The translations under genes and the position numbers were made by a program. A stretch of 64,000 bases of DNA, the filler included, from an uncultured Myxococcia bacterium (GTDB lineage Bacteria > CAZTWC01), in assembly GCA_964617105.1 (NCBI GenBank). It is 6 parts of 6 records of this genome, joined end to end, with 100 filler letters (N's around TTAATTAATTAA, not from the genome) between each part and the next. Parts side by side here need not be neighbours in the genome. Positions count along the whole stretch, not along the records: positions 1 to 11,991 come from CAZTWC010000100.1; 5 more parts are not named here. The stretch is one strand, 5' to 3'. Positions 1-10,617 of the stretch are shown piece by piece. The notes beneath the pieces were generated by a model, which saw only the letters and a program-made list of their open reading frames with translations, made no database searches and was not told the DNA's origin. Each line of letters starts with the position of its first letter. Within the stretch, counting starts at the first letter, position 1.

Positions 1-592
1 CCCGGTTGGTTTCCAGGTTTAACTCCGGATGAAATTGGCTGGCGTAAACCGGTTTGTTGGGAATACGAAAAGCCTGATTAGGACTCAGTTCACTGCTAGC
101 CAGGTTTTGTAAATAGGCCGGTAATTGAGACACCCGGTCTTTATGTCCCATCTGGGCATAGAATTTTGACGGGAACCATGAGAAAAGGGGATCCTGTTCT
201 GCGGCCCTGGTTTTGGTGAGCAGGTAGGTTCCTACCTCGGTATTATCCGGATCGTGGATTACCGTTCCGCCTAAAATTTTGGATAAACTCTGAAATCCCC
301 AGCAGGAAGCGTATAAAGGAATATCTTTATCTATTACATCTAGCAGGAACTCTGAAATAAAAGGGAAAAATTGGTAATCTTCGGACTTGGAAACATAATG
401 TTCTCCACTGCCACCTACCATCAAGATATCGAAAGGCGGTAATTTTTCTACTTTAGGTTGTTCATAAACTGCGTTAACAGTAGTCAGTTGTTCAGGTTCA
501 ACCCCACATTGGGTAACAAAGCAGTTTATTTCTTGTTCCAGCATTGGGTCTTTGGCGTTTCTAATCTGAAGTAATATGATTCTTGGCTTCAT
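1..592 (-). CDS. Class I glutamine amidotransferase (GMP synthase-like), 3' end runs off the window
   Basis: Not in the ORF track. Manual translation from ATG at 592: MKPRIILLQIR...MVGGSG...YASCWGFQ...QMGHKDRV...SQFHPE, showing the nucleophile-elbow Cys and the HPE triad motif. Confidence 0.85.
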   Translation of the reverse strand, partial: MKPRIILLQIRNAKDPMLEQEINCFVTQCGVEPEQLTTVNAVYEQPKVEKLPPFDILMVGGSGEHYVSKSEDYQFFPFISEFLLDVIDKDIPLYASCWGFQSLSKILGGTVIHDPDNTEVGTYLLTKTRAAEQDPLFSWFPSKFYAQMGHKDRVSQLPAYLQNLASSELSPNQAFRIPNKPVYASQFHPELNLETNR

Positions 593-809
593 AAATATCA
601 CTTTGAAAAAATTCTGGACAAAAATAAGAATTACATTTTAACTCTATTGGTTAAATAGTGCAACCGCTAATTTGGCTCTGAAGAGCCAAACACCCGATAA
701 AAAAACTTGTAATTGAAGTAAGAATTGCTAGAATCCACTTTGTCGCGAGAATTGCTTCAGGTTTTCGGAACAATTAGTATCATTTGTAAAACTGGAGGTT
801 TATGTCCCA

Positions 810-2634
810 ATGAAAAAGTGTATTTCACTATTATTGTTTATGGTTGGATTTTCTTTTTTCCTGGCTTCTTGTAACTACGACTATCAGAATCCGGTGGATC
901 AACTCAAAACCCATGTAGTCAAGGGAAAAGTGGTAAAACCGGTAGATGGTAGCGTTAAGGAGGCTATTGCCGGTTGCCAGGTTAAACTGATTGGTAGTGT
1001 TTTAGCAGTGGAAACTGACCAAACCGGCCAGTTTACCTTTTATGATTTCCCCCCTACACATCAAAGGGGCAAACAGGAGAAGCAAGTGGCTCACACTATG
1101 CAGATTTGGTGTGAAGAGGGGGATTGGCAGAAGTTAGTTCAAGATATCCACCTGGAAGCGGAAAATGCCCTGGATTTGGGTGTAATTGTGTTAGAAAAGG
1201 CCGCCGACCTGAAGGGAAAAGTATCTGCAGATAGTAAAAGTAAAGATCTAACCGGCATAAAGGTGGCTCTGGCCCATACATATTATACCACTTATACTGA
1301 TAAAGATGGGGAATATCATTTTAAGAAGATTGCCCCTGGCAACTACCAACTAGTGGCTTTCCATTCCCAAATGGGATTGGGCAGATTGGCAATCCAGCAT
1401 AAGCCGGGAACCNNNNNNNNNNGATACTTTTGGAGATATAACCCTTAATAGTCAACCTGCTGACGGAGAGGTGTCTGGCAACGCGGTGAGAATTAAGGGC
1501 TCCACAGATCACCAGGGGGTGGAGGTAAAACTGTTGGAGTGTATGGAAGTGGAATGCTCTGCAATTACCGACCCCAGTGGTTCTTTTAAAATGAACTCCC
1601 TGACAGCAGGTATTTATACATTGCACCTGCAAAAGAGTTCTGCGGGCGAAGGCGATGGAACAGCAGGGGCTACCACCTATCTACCTCTAATATTACCCAA
1701 TATCCCGGTGGGTGGTGATGCGGTTGTTAGCCAGGAGATACCACCTCTGTTTTTAGAGCCCGGTATTCGCAGCCGCGATTTGGGTGATGCTATTAGCGAC
1801 TGTGACGGGGATGGCAAGATCGATATGGCGCCTGGTCAGGCGGACTGCCAGGAGTTTTGCCATGACCAGGAGGATTGCCAGGTAATTTGCGATCAAGATA
1901 ATGACAACGATGGCATCCCTAATCAAAAAGAGGACAACCATTGTTGGTGCCAACCGGCCGGCGCCACTTATGACCCTTTAGTTCAAAGTTGTCGTGCTTT
2001 GGTGGGGGACGGAGTAAAGAGAATGCCGGTTGCCCGAATCGAACCGCAAACCAGGTTGGAAGTAGAGCAGGGCGCCAAAGTGGATTTAGACGGCTCCAAA
2101 AGTTTTAGCCCCAATTTCGGCAAATCTGCATTGCAATACCATTGGACCATATTGAAGTCACCCTTCTCCACAACTGATAAGATTAGTTCTGCCAATGTAG
2201 CCAAAACTACGTTGACAGTGAGCCAGGTGGGAATATACCAGGTGCAGTTGCAGGTTTCTAAAAACGGGGTTTTAAGTGAGCCGGACCGGCTGATTATAGA
2301 CTCCAAAAAACCGAGCAATTATCCTCCCAAAGTGAAGGTCCAAATATTGGATTCCAGCGGCCAGCCCCTTAAGGATAACCGGGTGCCCGTTAATAGTAAA
2401 ATAACCCTGGACGGCAGCGGTAGTAGCGATCCAGACCCTGATGACAACATGTTTTTAGAGTATGCCTGGAGCATCGATAAGAAACCAACAGGCAGTACTT
2501 TGGCGTTTGAGAGAGCAGATATAGGCAAGGTGGAGATAAAATTGGATAAAAAGGGTGAATATGGCTTTACCCTTACAGTAAAGGACTTGGCTAATCATGA
2601 GGTTAGCGAGTCCTTTACTGTGGAGGGTTATTAA
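810..2634 (+). CDS. Lipoprotein with carboxypeptidase-regulatory-like beta-sandwich repeats, TSP3-like Ca-binding motifs and two PKD-like domains (one gene split by a small N gap)
   Basis: Lipobox FLASC; repeated G-x-V...TD..G.F.F segments; DCDGDG and DNDNDGIP motifs; two LDGS-S-x-P...Y-x-W PKD-like units. The 810..1448 and 1471..2634 ORFs flank the N gap at 1413-1422. Confidence 0.65.
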
Positions 2635-2641
2635 GGGAGCC

Positions 2642-3713
2642 CTAAAGATTTTTTAGTTCTCTGCAGGCTATCTCGGCCGCCTGACTCCACTGCCAATTTC
2701 TTTTTATATGTTGGGCCGCCGCCGCCCCTTTTTCTTTGGCATTTGATTGGTTATCAAAGACGTATCGCAGGTTTTGGGCGATTTCATCTATATCCAGAGA
2801 TGCCCACAGGCCGGTTTCGCCGGGATTGGGAAAAAAAATTGGGCAATAGATGGGTTCTAGTTTTTTGGGCTGCATCAAGTAAGCGATATCATGGTTTAAA
2901 AATTCGGTGGACCCGCTGTGAAATACTGCGATAGTGGGTAGGCCGCAGGATAGAGCCTCAATCAAAGGCAGCCCCCAACCCTCGGAGCGGCTGGCGCTTA
3001 CATAGCAGTCACAGGAGGCGAACAGCCTGGGCATCATGGCATCAGACAGTTCCCGTTCAAAAAAGATAAATTGATGGGCGTGGGAGGGAAACTCTGCACA
3101 TAGAGTGGCTTGAACATCTATCTTTTTCAATTTGGGGCTGACCGCATTGAGATGAAAAACCATCTCCACCTTCTCCTGGGGCGAGAAAGCCTGGCAAAAG
3201 GCGGCAGCCATCTCCCGCACCCCTTTGCGGGCTTCGAACTTTCCTATGGTGAGGAAGCGGAACTTGCCTTCGTCTTTAAAGGCGGGCAGAGGTTTGGCGG
3301 TAGGAGCAAACAAATAGGAATCCACCCCCTCTGGCACCACCCTGATCATTTCGCCGGCAATACCATTTTGTCTTAACACTTCAGCACCCCACTCACTGGG
3401 CACCCAGACCTGATTTAACTGCTTTAGCAGGTGTATCCACCTGGGCGGCAGGATAGTGGATTCAAACACGGTAAAACCGATTCGCCACCCACCGCAGAAA
3501 CGATGCATATCATCGCCATAGGCGATATTTANNNNNNNNNNCCACCCGCTCGGTCATTTGGCGAAATGGAGAGGGGAGGGGGATGTTGCTCATGGGAAAT
3601 AGAGGTACCAGACAGACTGGAACCAGTTTGTTCAGGGCCAGGAAAAAGTTGCGAGTGTGGGCAGCATAACCGGAATTGCCGTAAACATTGCCAAAGCCGT
3701 TGATTATGTTCAT
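2642..3713 (-). CDS. Glycosyltransferase family 4 (one gene split by the N gap at 3532-3541)
   Basis: N-terminal SGYAAHTR, then VPEGVD, RKG and SRSEGWGLPLIEALSCGLP (EX7E motif). Confidence 0.85.
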
Positions 3714-3821
3714 CTTAGTATTACCCGGTTGAAAAGTTTAAAAATTACTGATATCGTAACAAAATAAATTAACATGAGCAAGAAAACCGGTGACGAGTAA
3801 AATCAACAGAAAGGCGGGGCT

Positions 3822-5519
3822 ATGATTTTATTAAATCCTAAAGAATTTTCCAATGACTATCTTGACGACAATTCCAAACAACTGATGGGTAAGACCATAG
3901 ACTTTTTCGAAAACAAGGGAAAAGAGAAAGTTAAGGAGGATGACCGGCAGCGGGTATGGTACAAGGATTTCATAGATTTTCAAAAGAAGGAGAAATGTTT
4001 TTCTACTTTATTGACCCCTCCGGAGTATGGTGAGGAAAATTGTCGCTGGGACACCTTTCGTAATTGCCAATTTAACGAGATCCTCAGTTTTTATGGCCTG
4101 GCCTATTGGTATACCTGGCAGGTGTCCATTTTGGGACTTGGTCCAGTATGGATGTCAAAGAATCAAGCCATGAAAGAGCAGGCCGCCCGATTGCTAAAAG
4201 ATGGCAATGTGTTTGCCTTTGGCTTGTCTGAGCGGGATCATGGGGCTGATATCTATTCTACCGAGATGGCTTTGACTCCTCAGGATGATGATAATTTTAT
4301 TGCCAACGGCTCCAAATACTATATTGGAAACGGCAACGAAGCCCCCATGGTTTCCACTTTTGGCAAAATGTCAGACAGCGGCGACTATGTGTTCTTTGTG
4401 GCTAACTATATGAACGAACACTATGATTTAGTGAAAAATATCTGCAACAGCCAGAATTATGTTTCTGAATTTTGCCTTGACAACTATCCAGTGATGGCCA
4501 ATCAGGTTCTATCTGTAGGAGATGATGCCTGGAACACTGCTCTTAACACCGTCAATGTGGGTAAATATAACCTGGGATGGGGTTCTATCGGCATGTGCAC
4601 CCATGCCCTGTATGAATCTATTAACCATGCTTCCAACCGTCGCCTCTACAATATGCATGTCACCGATTTCCCCCATGTTAAGCAACTGTTTACCGATGCC
4701 TACGTGCGGCTTTTGGGCATGAAACTCTTTGCTCTGCGTGCTTCCGATTACCAGCGGGCAGCCTCAAAGGATGACCGGCGCTATTTACTATACAATCCGG
4801 TAATGAAGATGAAGGTCACTACCCAGGGAGAGGAAGTTATCAATTTGTTATGGGATGTTATTGCCGCCAAAGGCTTTGAGAAGGATACCTTTTTTGAATT
4901 AGCGGCCAGAGATATTCGGGCTCTACCCAAACTAGAGGGCACTGTGCACGTTAATATTGCCCTGATTGTAAAATTTATGCCCAATTACTTCTTTTTTACC
5001 TCCGAGTATGAAGATATCACCCAGCAGACTCAGACCACCCATGATGCTTTTTTGTTCAACCAGGGAGCGGCCCGGGGACTGAGTAAAATTAAATTTCACG
5101 ATTACGGCATAATTTTTGATCAATACGATCTGCCCAATGTCAAATTGTTCAGGGAGCAGATAGAGGTGTACAAAGAGATGCTTATGATGGCTACTCCTGA
5201 TGATGGTCAGCGCAAAGATATTGATTTTCTGTTGAACATGGGGGAGGTCTTTACTCTGGTTGTCTATGCCCAACTTATATTGGAGAGCGCCAAAATTTAT
5301 CAGATAGATTCCCAAATAATCGATCAAATGTTTGACTGTTTTATCCGGGATTTTAATAAATTTGCTATTCAACTCTATGCCAAACCCAGCAGTTCCGCCA
5401 AACAGCAGGACTACTTTTTAAAGATGATCCGCAAACCCCACACCGATCTAAAAAGATACCAAAAAGTGTGGAAGGAATATGTCTATTCGCTAAAAGGCGT
5501 CTATGAGATGAATGGGTAG
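3822..5519 (+). CDS. Acyl-CoA dehydrogenase family protein
   Basis: AFGLSERDHGAD, NGSKYYIGNG and LPKLEGTVHVN motifs. Confidence 0.9.
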   Translation: MILLNPKEFSNDYLDDNSKQLMGKTIDFFENKGKEKVKEDDRQRVWYKDFIDFQKKEKCFSTLLTPPEYGEENCRWDTFRNCQFNEILSFYGLAYWYTWQVSILGLGPVWMSKNQAMKEQAARLLKDGNVFAFGLSERDHGADIYSTEMALTPQDDDNFIANGSKYYIGNGNEAPMVSTFGKMSDSGDYVFFVANYMNEHYDLVKNICNSQNYVSEFCLDNYPVMANQVLSVGDDAWNTALNTVNVGKYNLGWGSIGMCTHALYESINHASNRRLYNMHVTDFPHVKQLFTDAYVRLLGMKLFALRASDYQRAASKDDRRYLLYNPVMKMKVTTQGEEVINLLWDVIAAKGFEKDTFFELAARDIRALPKLEGTVHVNIALIVKFMPNYFFFTSEYEDITQQTQTTHDAFLFNQGAARGLSKIKFHDYGIIFDQYDLPNVKLFREQIEVYKEMLMMATPDDGQRKDIDFLLNMGEVFTLVVYAQLILESAKIYQIDSQIIDQMFDCFIRDFNKFAIQLYAKPSSSAKQQDYFLKMIRKPHTDLKRYQKVWKEYVYSLKGVYEMNG

Positions 5520-5599
5520 TGATCTCTTAGATGGGAATTTATAGTTTTCTCCTCTACCCTTGCATCTAAAGGGTGTAGGTGCTATTATATCACTAACTT

Positions 5600-5700
5600 G
5601 GAGGTACTTCCGTGGCTGGTGCGCGGCCTGGACTTCAAATCCAGTCGAGGGTTTTGTTCAGCAAGGTCCTGGCGGGTTCGATTCCCGTGTGCCTCCGCCA
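5600..5700 (+). tRNA. selC: tRNA-Sec (anticodon UCA)
   Basis: 8-bp acceptor stem GGAGGUAC/GUGCCUCC followed by GCCA; long D stem with UGGU loop; anticodon loop CUUCAAA (TCA at 5635-5637); long variable arm; 5-bp T stem with UUCGAUU loop. This is the bacterial 8/5 Sec fold. Confidence 0.95.
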
Positions 5701-5702
5701 AT

Positions 5703-6779
5703 TTATTCCGGCAAAATCAGCATGGCATCGCCATATGAGTAGAAGCGGTAGCCTTGTTCAATGGCCTGCTGATAGGCTTTTAGCAGAAATTCCCGTCCAG
5801 TCAGAGCCGACACTAAAAGGAGCAAGGTAGAGCCGGGCAGATGAAAATTGGTAAGCATGGCATCAACGGCTTTAAAATGGTATCCCGGGTAGATAAACAG
5901 CGATGTTTCCCCGTGACCGGCTTGTAGAGATTTTGTGCTCTCCTGCCAGCAACTCTCCAACACCCGCACCGAAGTGGTGCCCACCGCTAAAATACCGCTT
6001 TTTTCCTGGCGGCTTTGCTGGATGGTTCGGGCGGTTTTTTCTTCCAGCCAGTACCTTTCGCTGTGCATCTGGTGCTCCCTGATATCATTGCTGCGGATTG
6101 GTAAAAAAGTGCCAGGCCCTACGTGCAGGGTAACAAAACTGATTCCGTCCTCAGTTTCTAATTGTTTTAATAATTCTGGAGTGAAATGGAATCCAGCCGT
6201 GGGAGCGGCCACCGAACCTTCCTCCCTGGCGTACACTGTCTGGTAGGTTTGCCGGTGGTTTACATCCAGAGGATTTTCGCGGATATATGGAGGCAAAGGA
6301 ACAGCGCCAACATTTTCAAGGACCTGGCGCCAGTCCGTAAAGGTTTTAGAAAATTTTATCTGCAAATCATAGTGCCCCCCGCCTCGATTGGTCTGGATCA
6401 CAAACTGAACACCAGGGGCAATGTCGATGTTCTCTTTCGGCTTCAAAGGGCGGGAACTTTTGGCCATTGCTTGCCATATCTCCTCAACCATTTTAATTTG
6501 GCCAAGCCGTCTGGTGAGCAAAAATTCCACTCGGCCACCGGTGGCTCTGCGGCCAAAAACTTTTACAGGAATCACTTTGCTGTTATTGAAAACGCAGTGA
6601 TACCTTCCACCCAAAATAGCCGGCAGATCTTTTACCTGAAAGTGTTCAATAGTTTTTTGCTTCAACTTAAGCAGCAACAATTTGGCTTTCTCCCGATGCA
6701 TTAGTGGTTTTTGAGCAATAGAATGAGTGGGGAGATGGTATTGGTAATCGGAACAATTGTATGAGAATTGGTCTATCAT
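5703..6779 (-). CDS. queA: S-adenosylmethionine:tRNA ribosyltransferase-isomerase
   Basis: VPLPPYI, YQTVYA, GSVAAPTAGFHFT, LHVGPGTF, TNFHLP and YRFYSYGDAM motifs. Confidence 0.97.
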   Translation of the reverse strand: MIDQFSYNCSDYQYHLPTHSIAQKPLMHREKAKLLLLKLKQKTIEHFQVKDLPAILGGRYHCVFNNSKVIPVKVFGRRATGGRVEFLLTRRLGQIKMVEEIWQAMAKSSRPLKPKENIDIAPGVQFVIQTNRGGGHYDLQIKFSKTFTDWRQVLENVGAVPLPPYIRENPLDVNHRQTYQTVYAREEGSVAAPTAGFHFTPELLKQLETEDGISFVTLHVGPGTFLPIRSNDIREHQMHSERYWLEEKTARTIQQSRQEKSGILAVGTTSVRVLESCWQESTKSLQAGHGETSLFIYPGYHFKAVDAMLTNFHLPGSTLLLLVSALTGREFLLKAYQQAIEQGYRFYSYGDAMLILPE

Positions 6780-6853
6780 AATCTTACCTAAAAAATGCCT
6801 ATATTGCAGGATTCAACTACGGAAAAGTTTACTGTTTAGAGGAGAAATGGTTT

Positions 6854-8140
6854 TCAATAGATGGTTCTCAACTCCACCCCTGGATAGTAGTGAGATAATA
6901 TTTGCTGCCAATTATGACCTTTCAGGGCCATTCCTTTAGCTCCCCACTGGCAAAGGCCAACACCGTGACCAAAGCCATCACCGTTAAATAGAAAATCGTC
7001 ACCCGATTTCTCAACCTTGAACCTCAGCGATTTGAGGTTGAAAATACCCGCCAGGCGCCTGAACTTGTATCCGGTGAATCCGATTTTATTTCCCTTTGCT
7101 CCCCTGAAGGTGATCTGTCTTATCCGCCCGGAAGAACTTCGCTTAATAGCAGCGATTTTTATTTCTTTTTTCAGGTTTATTCCGGTTTTTCGGCCGATAA
7201 GTTTTTGCAACTGTTTTTGGGATAGGCGATATCTCCAGCCGTAATGCGGACAACCCCGGTCGGAAGGGCAGGGAACCGCTGGGAAAAGATAGTTGTGAGT
7301 GTCTCCAGAATTCCATAATTCCCGGCCGCTCTCTGTATGACCGCCGCAACAGGAGTGGAAATAGGCTTTTACCGGTAGATTTTTAAAGGTGAGCACCAGC
7401 CCCCTGGTCTCTTGCACCGCCTGCTTGAGTTTTTGGTTTTTCTCCGCAGCATCCAATCCTTTATAAACCTGGTCATAGATAGAGGACTTGAGGTGAAAAC
7501 TCTCATCTATCCGGGCAATACGCTGAAACAGAGCATAACTGCGGGATACCACTGCCTGGGCCTTCAAAGCTTCCAGAGGCCAGGATAAAGGTATCTCCTG
7601 GGCAAGAACTCCCTGGAGGTAAGTTTCCATAGAAAATTGATTAACTATTTCCAGTTGATTTTGTCCGGTGTCACTTTTTATTGCCAGCAAGATATCTCCG
7701 CTTAGTTTACGAGCACCAAGGTATAAACGGTTTGTCCTGCTCGTGAGTCGTAATTGCCTGGATAGGAGCCTGAGGCCGTTCAAAAGGATATATCCATCTT
7801 CAATATGGAAGTTGAACACCTTTTTTCCCTGGTGCTTTTGTAATAAATCACGGGTCATCTGATCAAAAATGTCTAGATCTTCTGCCTCTATAATCGCCCC
7901 GGTGTAGTTTGTATGGTTTTTATGGTCAAAGGAGTTGATCAGTATTTTTATAGGCAAATCAGCGGCATGGGCAGGGTAGATAACCCCAAAAAATAAAATC
8001 GGGAAAATTAAATACCGTAAACCACAAATCAGTCTCCGAAACTGGCAGCAAACAATTATTTTGGCAAATACCGAAAGCGGAAGGGTAAACCTGTGACCAC
8101 GTTCTATCTGGGTTGACATATTGGTTCTATTTGGTTTCAT
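6854..8140 (-). CDS. SpoIID/LytB domain protein (true start probably downstream of 8140)
   Basis: YLQGVLAQE...EALKAQAVVSRSYA, FHSCCGG, GHGVGLCQWGA and ILSHYYPG motifs. Confidence 0.92.
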   Translation of the reverse strand: MKPNRTNMSTQIERGHRFTLPLSVFAKIIVCCQFRRLICGLRYLIFPILFFGVIYPAHAADLPIKILINSFDHKNHTNYTGAIIEAEDLDIFDQMTRDLLQKHQGKKVFNFHIEDGYILLNGLRLLSRQLRLTSRTNRLYLGARKLSGDILLAIKSDTGQNQLEIVNQFSMETYLQGVLAQEIPLSWPLEALKAQAVVSRSYALFQRIARIDESFHLKSSIYDQVYKGLDAAEKNQKLKQAVQETRGLVLTFKNLPVKAYFHSCCGGHTESGRELWNSGDTHNYLFPAVPCPSDRGCPHYGWRYRLSQKQLQKLIGRKTGINLKKEIKIAAIKRSSSGRIRQITFRGAKGNKIGFTGYKFRRLAGIFNLKSLRFKVEKSGDDFLFNGDGFGHGVGLCQWGAKGMALKGHNWQQILSHYYPGVELRTIY

Positions 8141-9026
8141 AGTTCAAGGTTATCGGCGCCATGGGCGGGTGGATAATCTCCGCCTTGGGCAAGGCAACTT
8201 TAAAGTGCCGGTTTAGAATATCTTCCACCATTTCGAAAGGGGAGGAAAATTTGTGGTTATTCTTCAAAATTGGTTTTGCCATCTCCTGCACCTGGGGATG
8301 CAGCGGTAGCTCCTCCGGCTTGAATCCCTGTCTTAGGCCCTCAATAACCAGTTCCACCAATTCGTAAGTATAGCCCAGGTCGCTATAGTCGGTTTGGCCT
8401 GGTTCGAGTCCGGCAGTTGGTTCTCTTTGGGCACTCTGGCTGAAATCCAAGTGGATGGCCAACTGTTTCACCAGTCGCTTGGAAAGATTGCCAATAGGAC
8501 TTAAATGAACGGCGCCATCTCCAAACAGAGTAAAATAGCCGATACCAAAATCTTCATCCCGGTTACCAGTGCCTATTACCAGTTTTTTATCCAGTGCTGC
8601 CATGGTAGAGAGAATATTAGCCCGAATCCTGGACATCATATTACCCAGATCTTTTTTTGCTTCAGGTTTCTTCAAATTGGGGATCAAAGCGTTATAAGTT
8701 TCTACTACCGGCTCTATGTTTAATACCTGGTATTTAATTCCCAATTGTTGCGCTATAGATATGCCATCCACTTTATCCTGGGGTGAATTTACTTTGGAAG
8801 ACAAAATATAGGCGCTCAGTTCCAATTTGTGGCAATGCTTTTGGTTGTAACCGGCAATCGCTTTGGTTGCCAGTGCTGCGCTGACAGTAGAATCAACTCC
8901 CCCAGAAAGACCAATCACTCCGCCGGATGCTCTATGTGTGAGGATGCTCTGGATGATAAAATTTCCTATCTGTTCAGTCACTAACTCCAAATCTATAGAA
9001 GCCAGTTTGATCTTGTCTGGACTCAT
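8127..9026 (-). CDS. nadE: NH3-dependent NAD+ synthetase
   Basis: GLSGGVDS, GNMMSRIR, GTGNRDE, GYFTLFGDG and PTAGLEPGQTD motifs. Confidence 0.93.
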   Translation of the reverse strand: MSPDKIKLASIDLELVTEQIGNFIIQSILTHRASGGVIGLSGGVDSTVSAALATKAIAGYNQKHCHKLELSAYILSSKVNSPQDKVDGISIAQQLGIKYQVLNIEPVVETYNALIPNLKKPEAKKDLGNMMSRIRANILSTMAALDKKLVIGTGNRDEDFGIGYFTLFGDGAVHLSPIGNLSKRLVKQLAIHLDFSQSAQREPTAGLEPGQTDYSDLGYTYELVELVIEGLRQGFKPEELPLHPQVQEMAKPILKNNHKFSSPFEMVEDILNRHFKVALPKAEIIHPPMAPITLNYETK

Positions 9027-9128
9027 TTATCTCTCCGGCCAATTTGACTAACCAAAATATTTAATATATCATAAATAACAATAAGATTAAATTATTCCAG
9101 GTTTAAATTTTTTCCTATTGAGGTAATT

Positions 9129-9815
9129 TTGATTAAAAAATTTAATGAACATCGTCAGCATTCAAGAGTTAATGTCCAGGTGAAGGCGCTTTTTAGCGGA
9201 CAATTTGGTTTTGACGAGAAAATTGCCAATAATATCAGCAAAGGTGGCATCTATGTTGAAACGGATGACTTTATTGGCAAAATCGGAGATAAACAGGAGT
9301 TAATAATAATCACTCCAGACGATATTATCGAAGTGGCGGTGTTGGCTCAATTAGTCAGATATTGCTATAATAATGAACAACAAATAACTGGAGCTGGATT
9401 CAAGTTTATACTGGTGGAACCAGCTCAGCAAAGCGAGTTGAACAGTTTTATCGATGGGCTTTTAACTCAGCGGGAAATTATAGGCAAAAGAGAACATGTG
9501 CGTATAACCGCTAGATTTCCCCTTAAGTTTCCCGCTCTGGATGAACTGAGACATGCCTATACTGAAAATATCAGTCGGGGAGGCCTCTTTTTTTACAGCC
9601 CCCGCCAATTGGAAAAGATCCAAGAGTTCAATTTAATGCTACAAAATCCTCTGAGTGGAGAAAATTTGCTTTTAAAGGCCAAAATTGTGTCAAACCGCCG
9701 TATTGAACGGAAAAAAGCCCCCGCCATTTTTGGTATCGGAGTTAAATTTATAGAGGTGGAAAAAAATGTCGAAGATAAGTTGGCGCTATTTATCCGGGAT
9801 TGGGTTTTACGCTGA
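9129..9815 (+). CDS. Tandem PilZ-domain protein
   Basis: Two RxxxR / NISxGG pairs (RQHSR...NISKGG; REHVR...NISRGG). Confidence 0.85.
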   Translation: MIKKFNEHRQHSRVNVQVKALFSGQFGFDEKIANNISKGGIYVETDDFIGKIGDKQELIIITPDDIIEVAVLAQLVRYCYNNEQQITGAGFKFILVEPAQQSELNSFIDGLLTQREIIGKREHVRITARFPLKFPALDELRHAYTENISRGGLFFYSPRQLEKIQEFNLMLQNPLSGENLLLKAKIVSNRRIERKKAPAIFGIGVKFIEVEKNVEDKLALFIRDWVLR

Positions 9816-9960
9816 AGAATTCGGATGCATCTTCACCAGCGTAGGCGCCGGCTCAAAAATTGTCCTCGACGTATTATCATACGACTGCGGTAATTTTTAA
9901 GCCGGCGCCTACGCCGCAGGTGATCCCTTTAGGGAAGCTGGTGAAGCGCCTCCAAATTCT
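9816..9960. repeat. Nested inverted-repeat (REP/MITE-like) element between convergent genes
   Basis: AGAATTCGGA(9816)/TCCAAATTCT(9951), CTTCACCAGC(9831)/GCTGGTGAAG(9937) and a perfect 15-bp GCGTAGGCGCCGGCT(9839)/AGCCGGCGCCTACGC(9900). Confidence 0.8.
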
Positions 9961-9983
9961 TATGACGAATAGGGGCAACTAAC

Positions 9984-10529
9984 TTACCATGTCCATATAT
10001 CTTCTTGCTTGCTTCCCATCCCTTTGATAGAAAATAGGCAGCCTTTGGTCTTATTGTTTTGGCCATCAACCTGGCAGGATATTTGAGAGCATTCAACTTC
10101 GTCTTTAAAAAGCAGGGTAAAGAAACCAGCCAACTTGCCTCTTACCAACTCACACCCGCTGATAAAATTGCTGATAGGCTTGGCAAAGGGGGAGTTTTCT
10201 ACCTGGCAGAGCACTTTTTTCTGCTCCAGGTTATATTCCAGGAGGTTATATTTACCCTGTTTTTTATTCTCTTCGCCCTGGATAAATAGTTTTAGCCTAT
10301 CAGATGGAGAAAGGCGCCCTTTGTTGTTTAATTGTCGGTAGATCTTTTGCCCGATAAAAAAGCCGCTATCGAATAATATTTGGGATGTATATTCACCGTT
10401 ATATTCTAATACTTGAGCGAATATTTCCTGGAACAATTCCGCTTCCATTATTATCGGTTCATGTTCGGCTATTTTATCATTATTTGCCGGAAGAGTGGGG
10501 GGTACACCATTTTTTTGGATTGTAATCAT
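9984..10529 (-). CDS. V4R (4-vinyl reductase-like) domain protein
   Basis: ENSPFA...CELVRGKLAGFF...VECSQISC...GCLF pattern. Confidence 0.75.
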   Translation of the reverse strand: MITIQKNGVPPTLPANNDKIAEHEPIIMEAELFQEIFAQVLEYNGEYTSQILFDSGFFIGQKIYRQLNNKGRLSPSDRLKLFIQGEENKKQGKYNLLEYNLEQKKVLCQVENSPFAKPISNFISGCELVRGKLAGFFTLLFKDEVECSQISCQVDGQNNKTKGCLFSIKGMGSKQEDIWTW

Positions 10530-10617
10530 CTGGTTAAGATGTGATCAAAAGGACGCAAGTCACCTGTTCAGATGCACATTGCGCCCTAAAATTTAGGTTA
10601 TTGGGCTACTTGATGAA

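Noticed and set aside
1413-3541. Apparent frameshifts splitting the lipoprotein and glycosyltransferase genes
   Set aside because: Both coincide with 10-N scaffold gaps (1413-1422, 3532-3541), so they are not evidence of pseudogenes.
5560-5830. Short ORFs 5560..5742 and 5612..5830
   Set aside because: They overlap the tRNA-Sec gene and the queA 3' end and are spurious.
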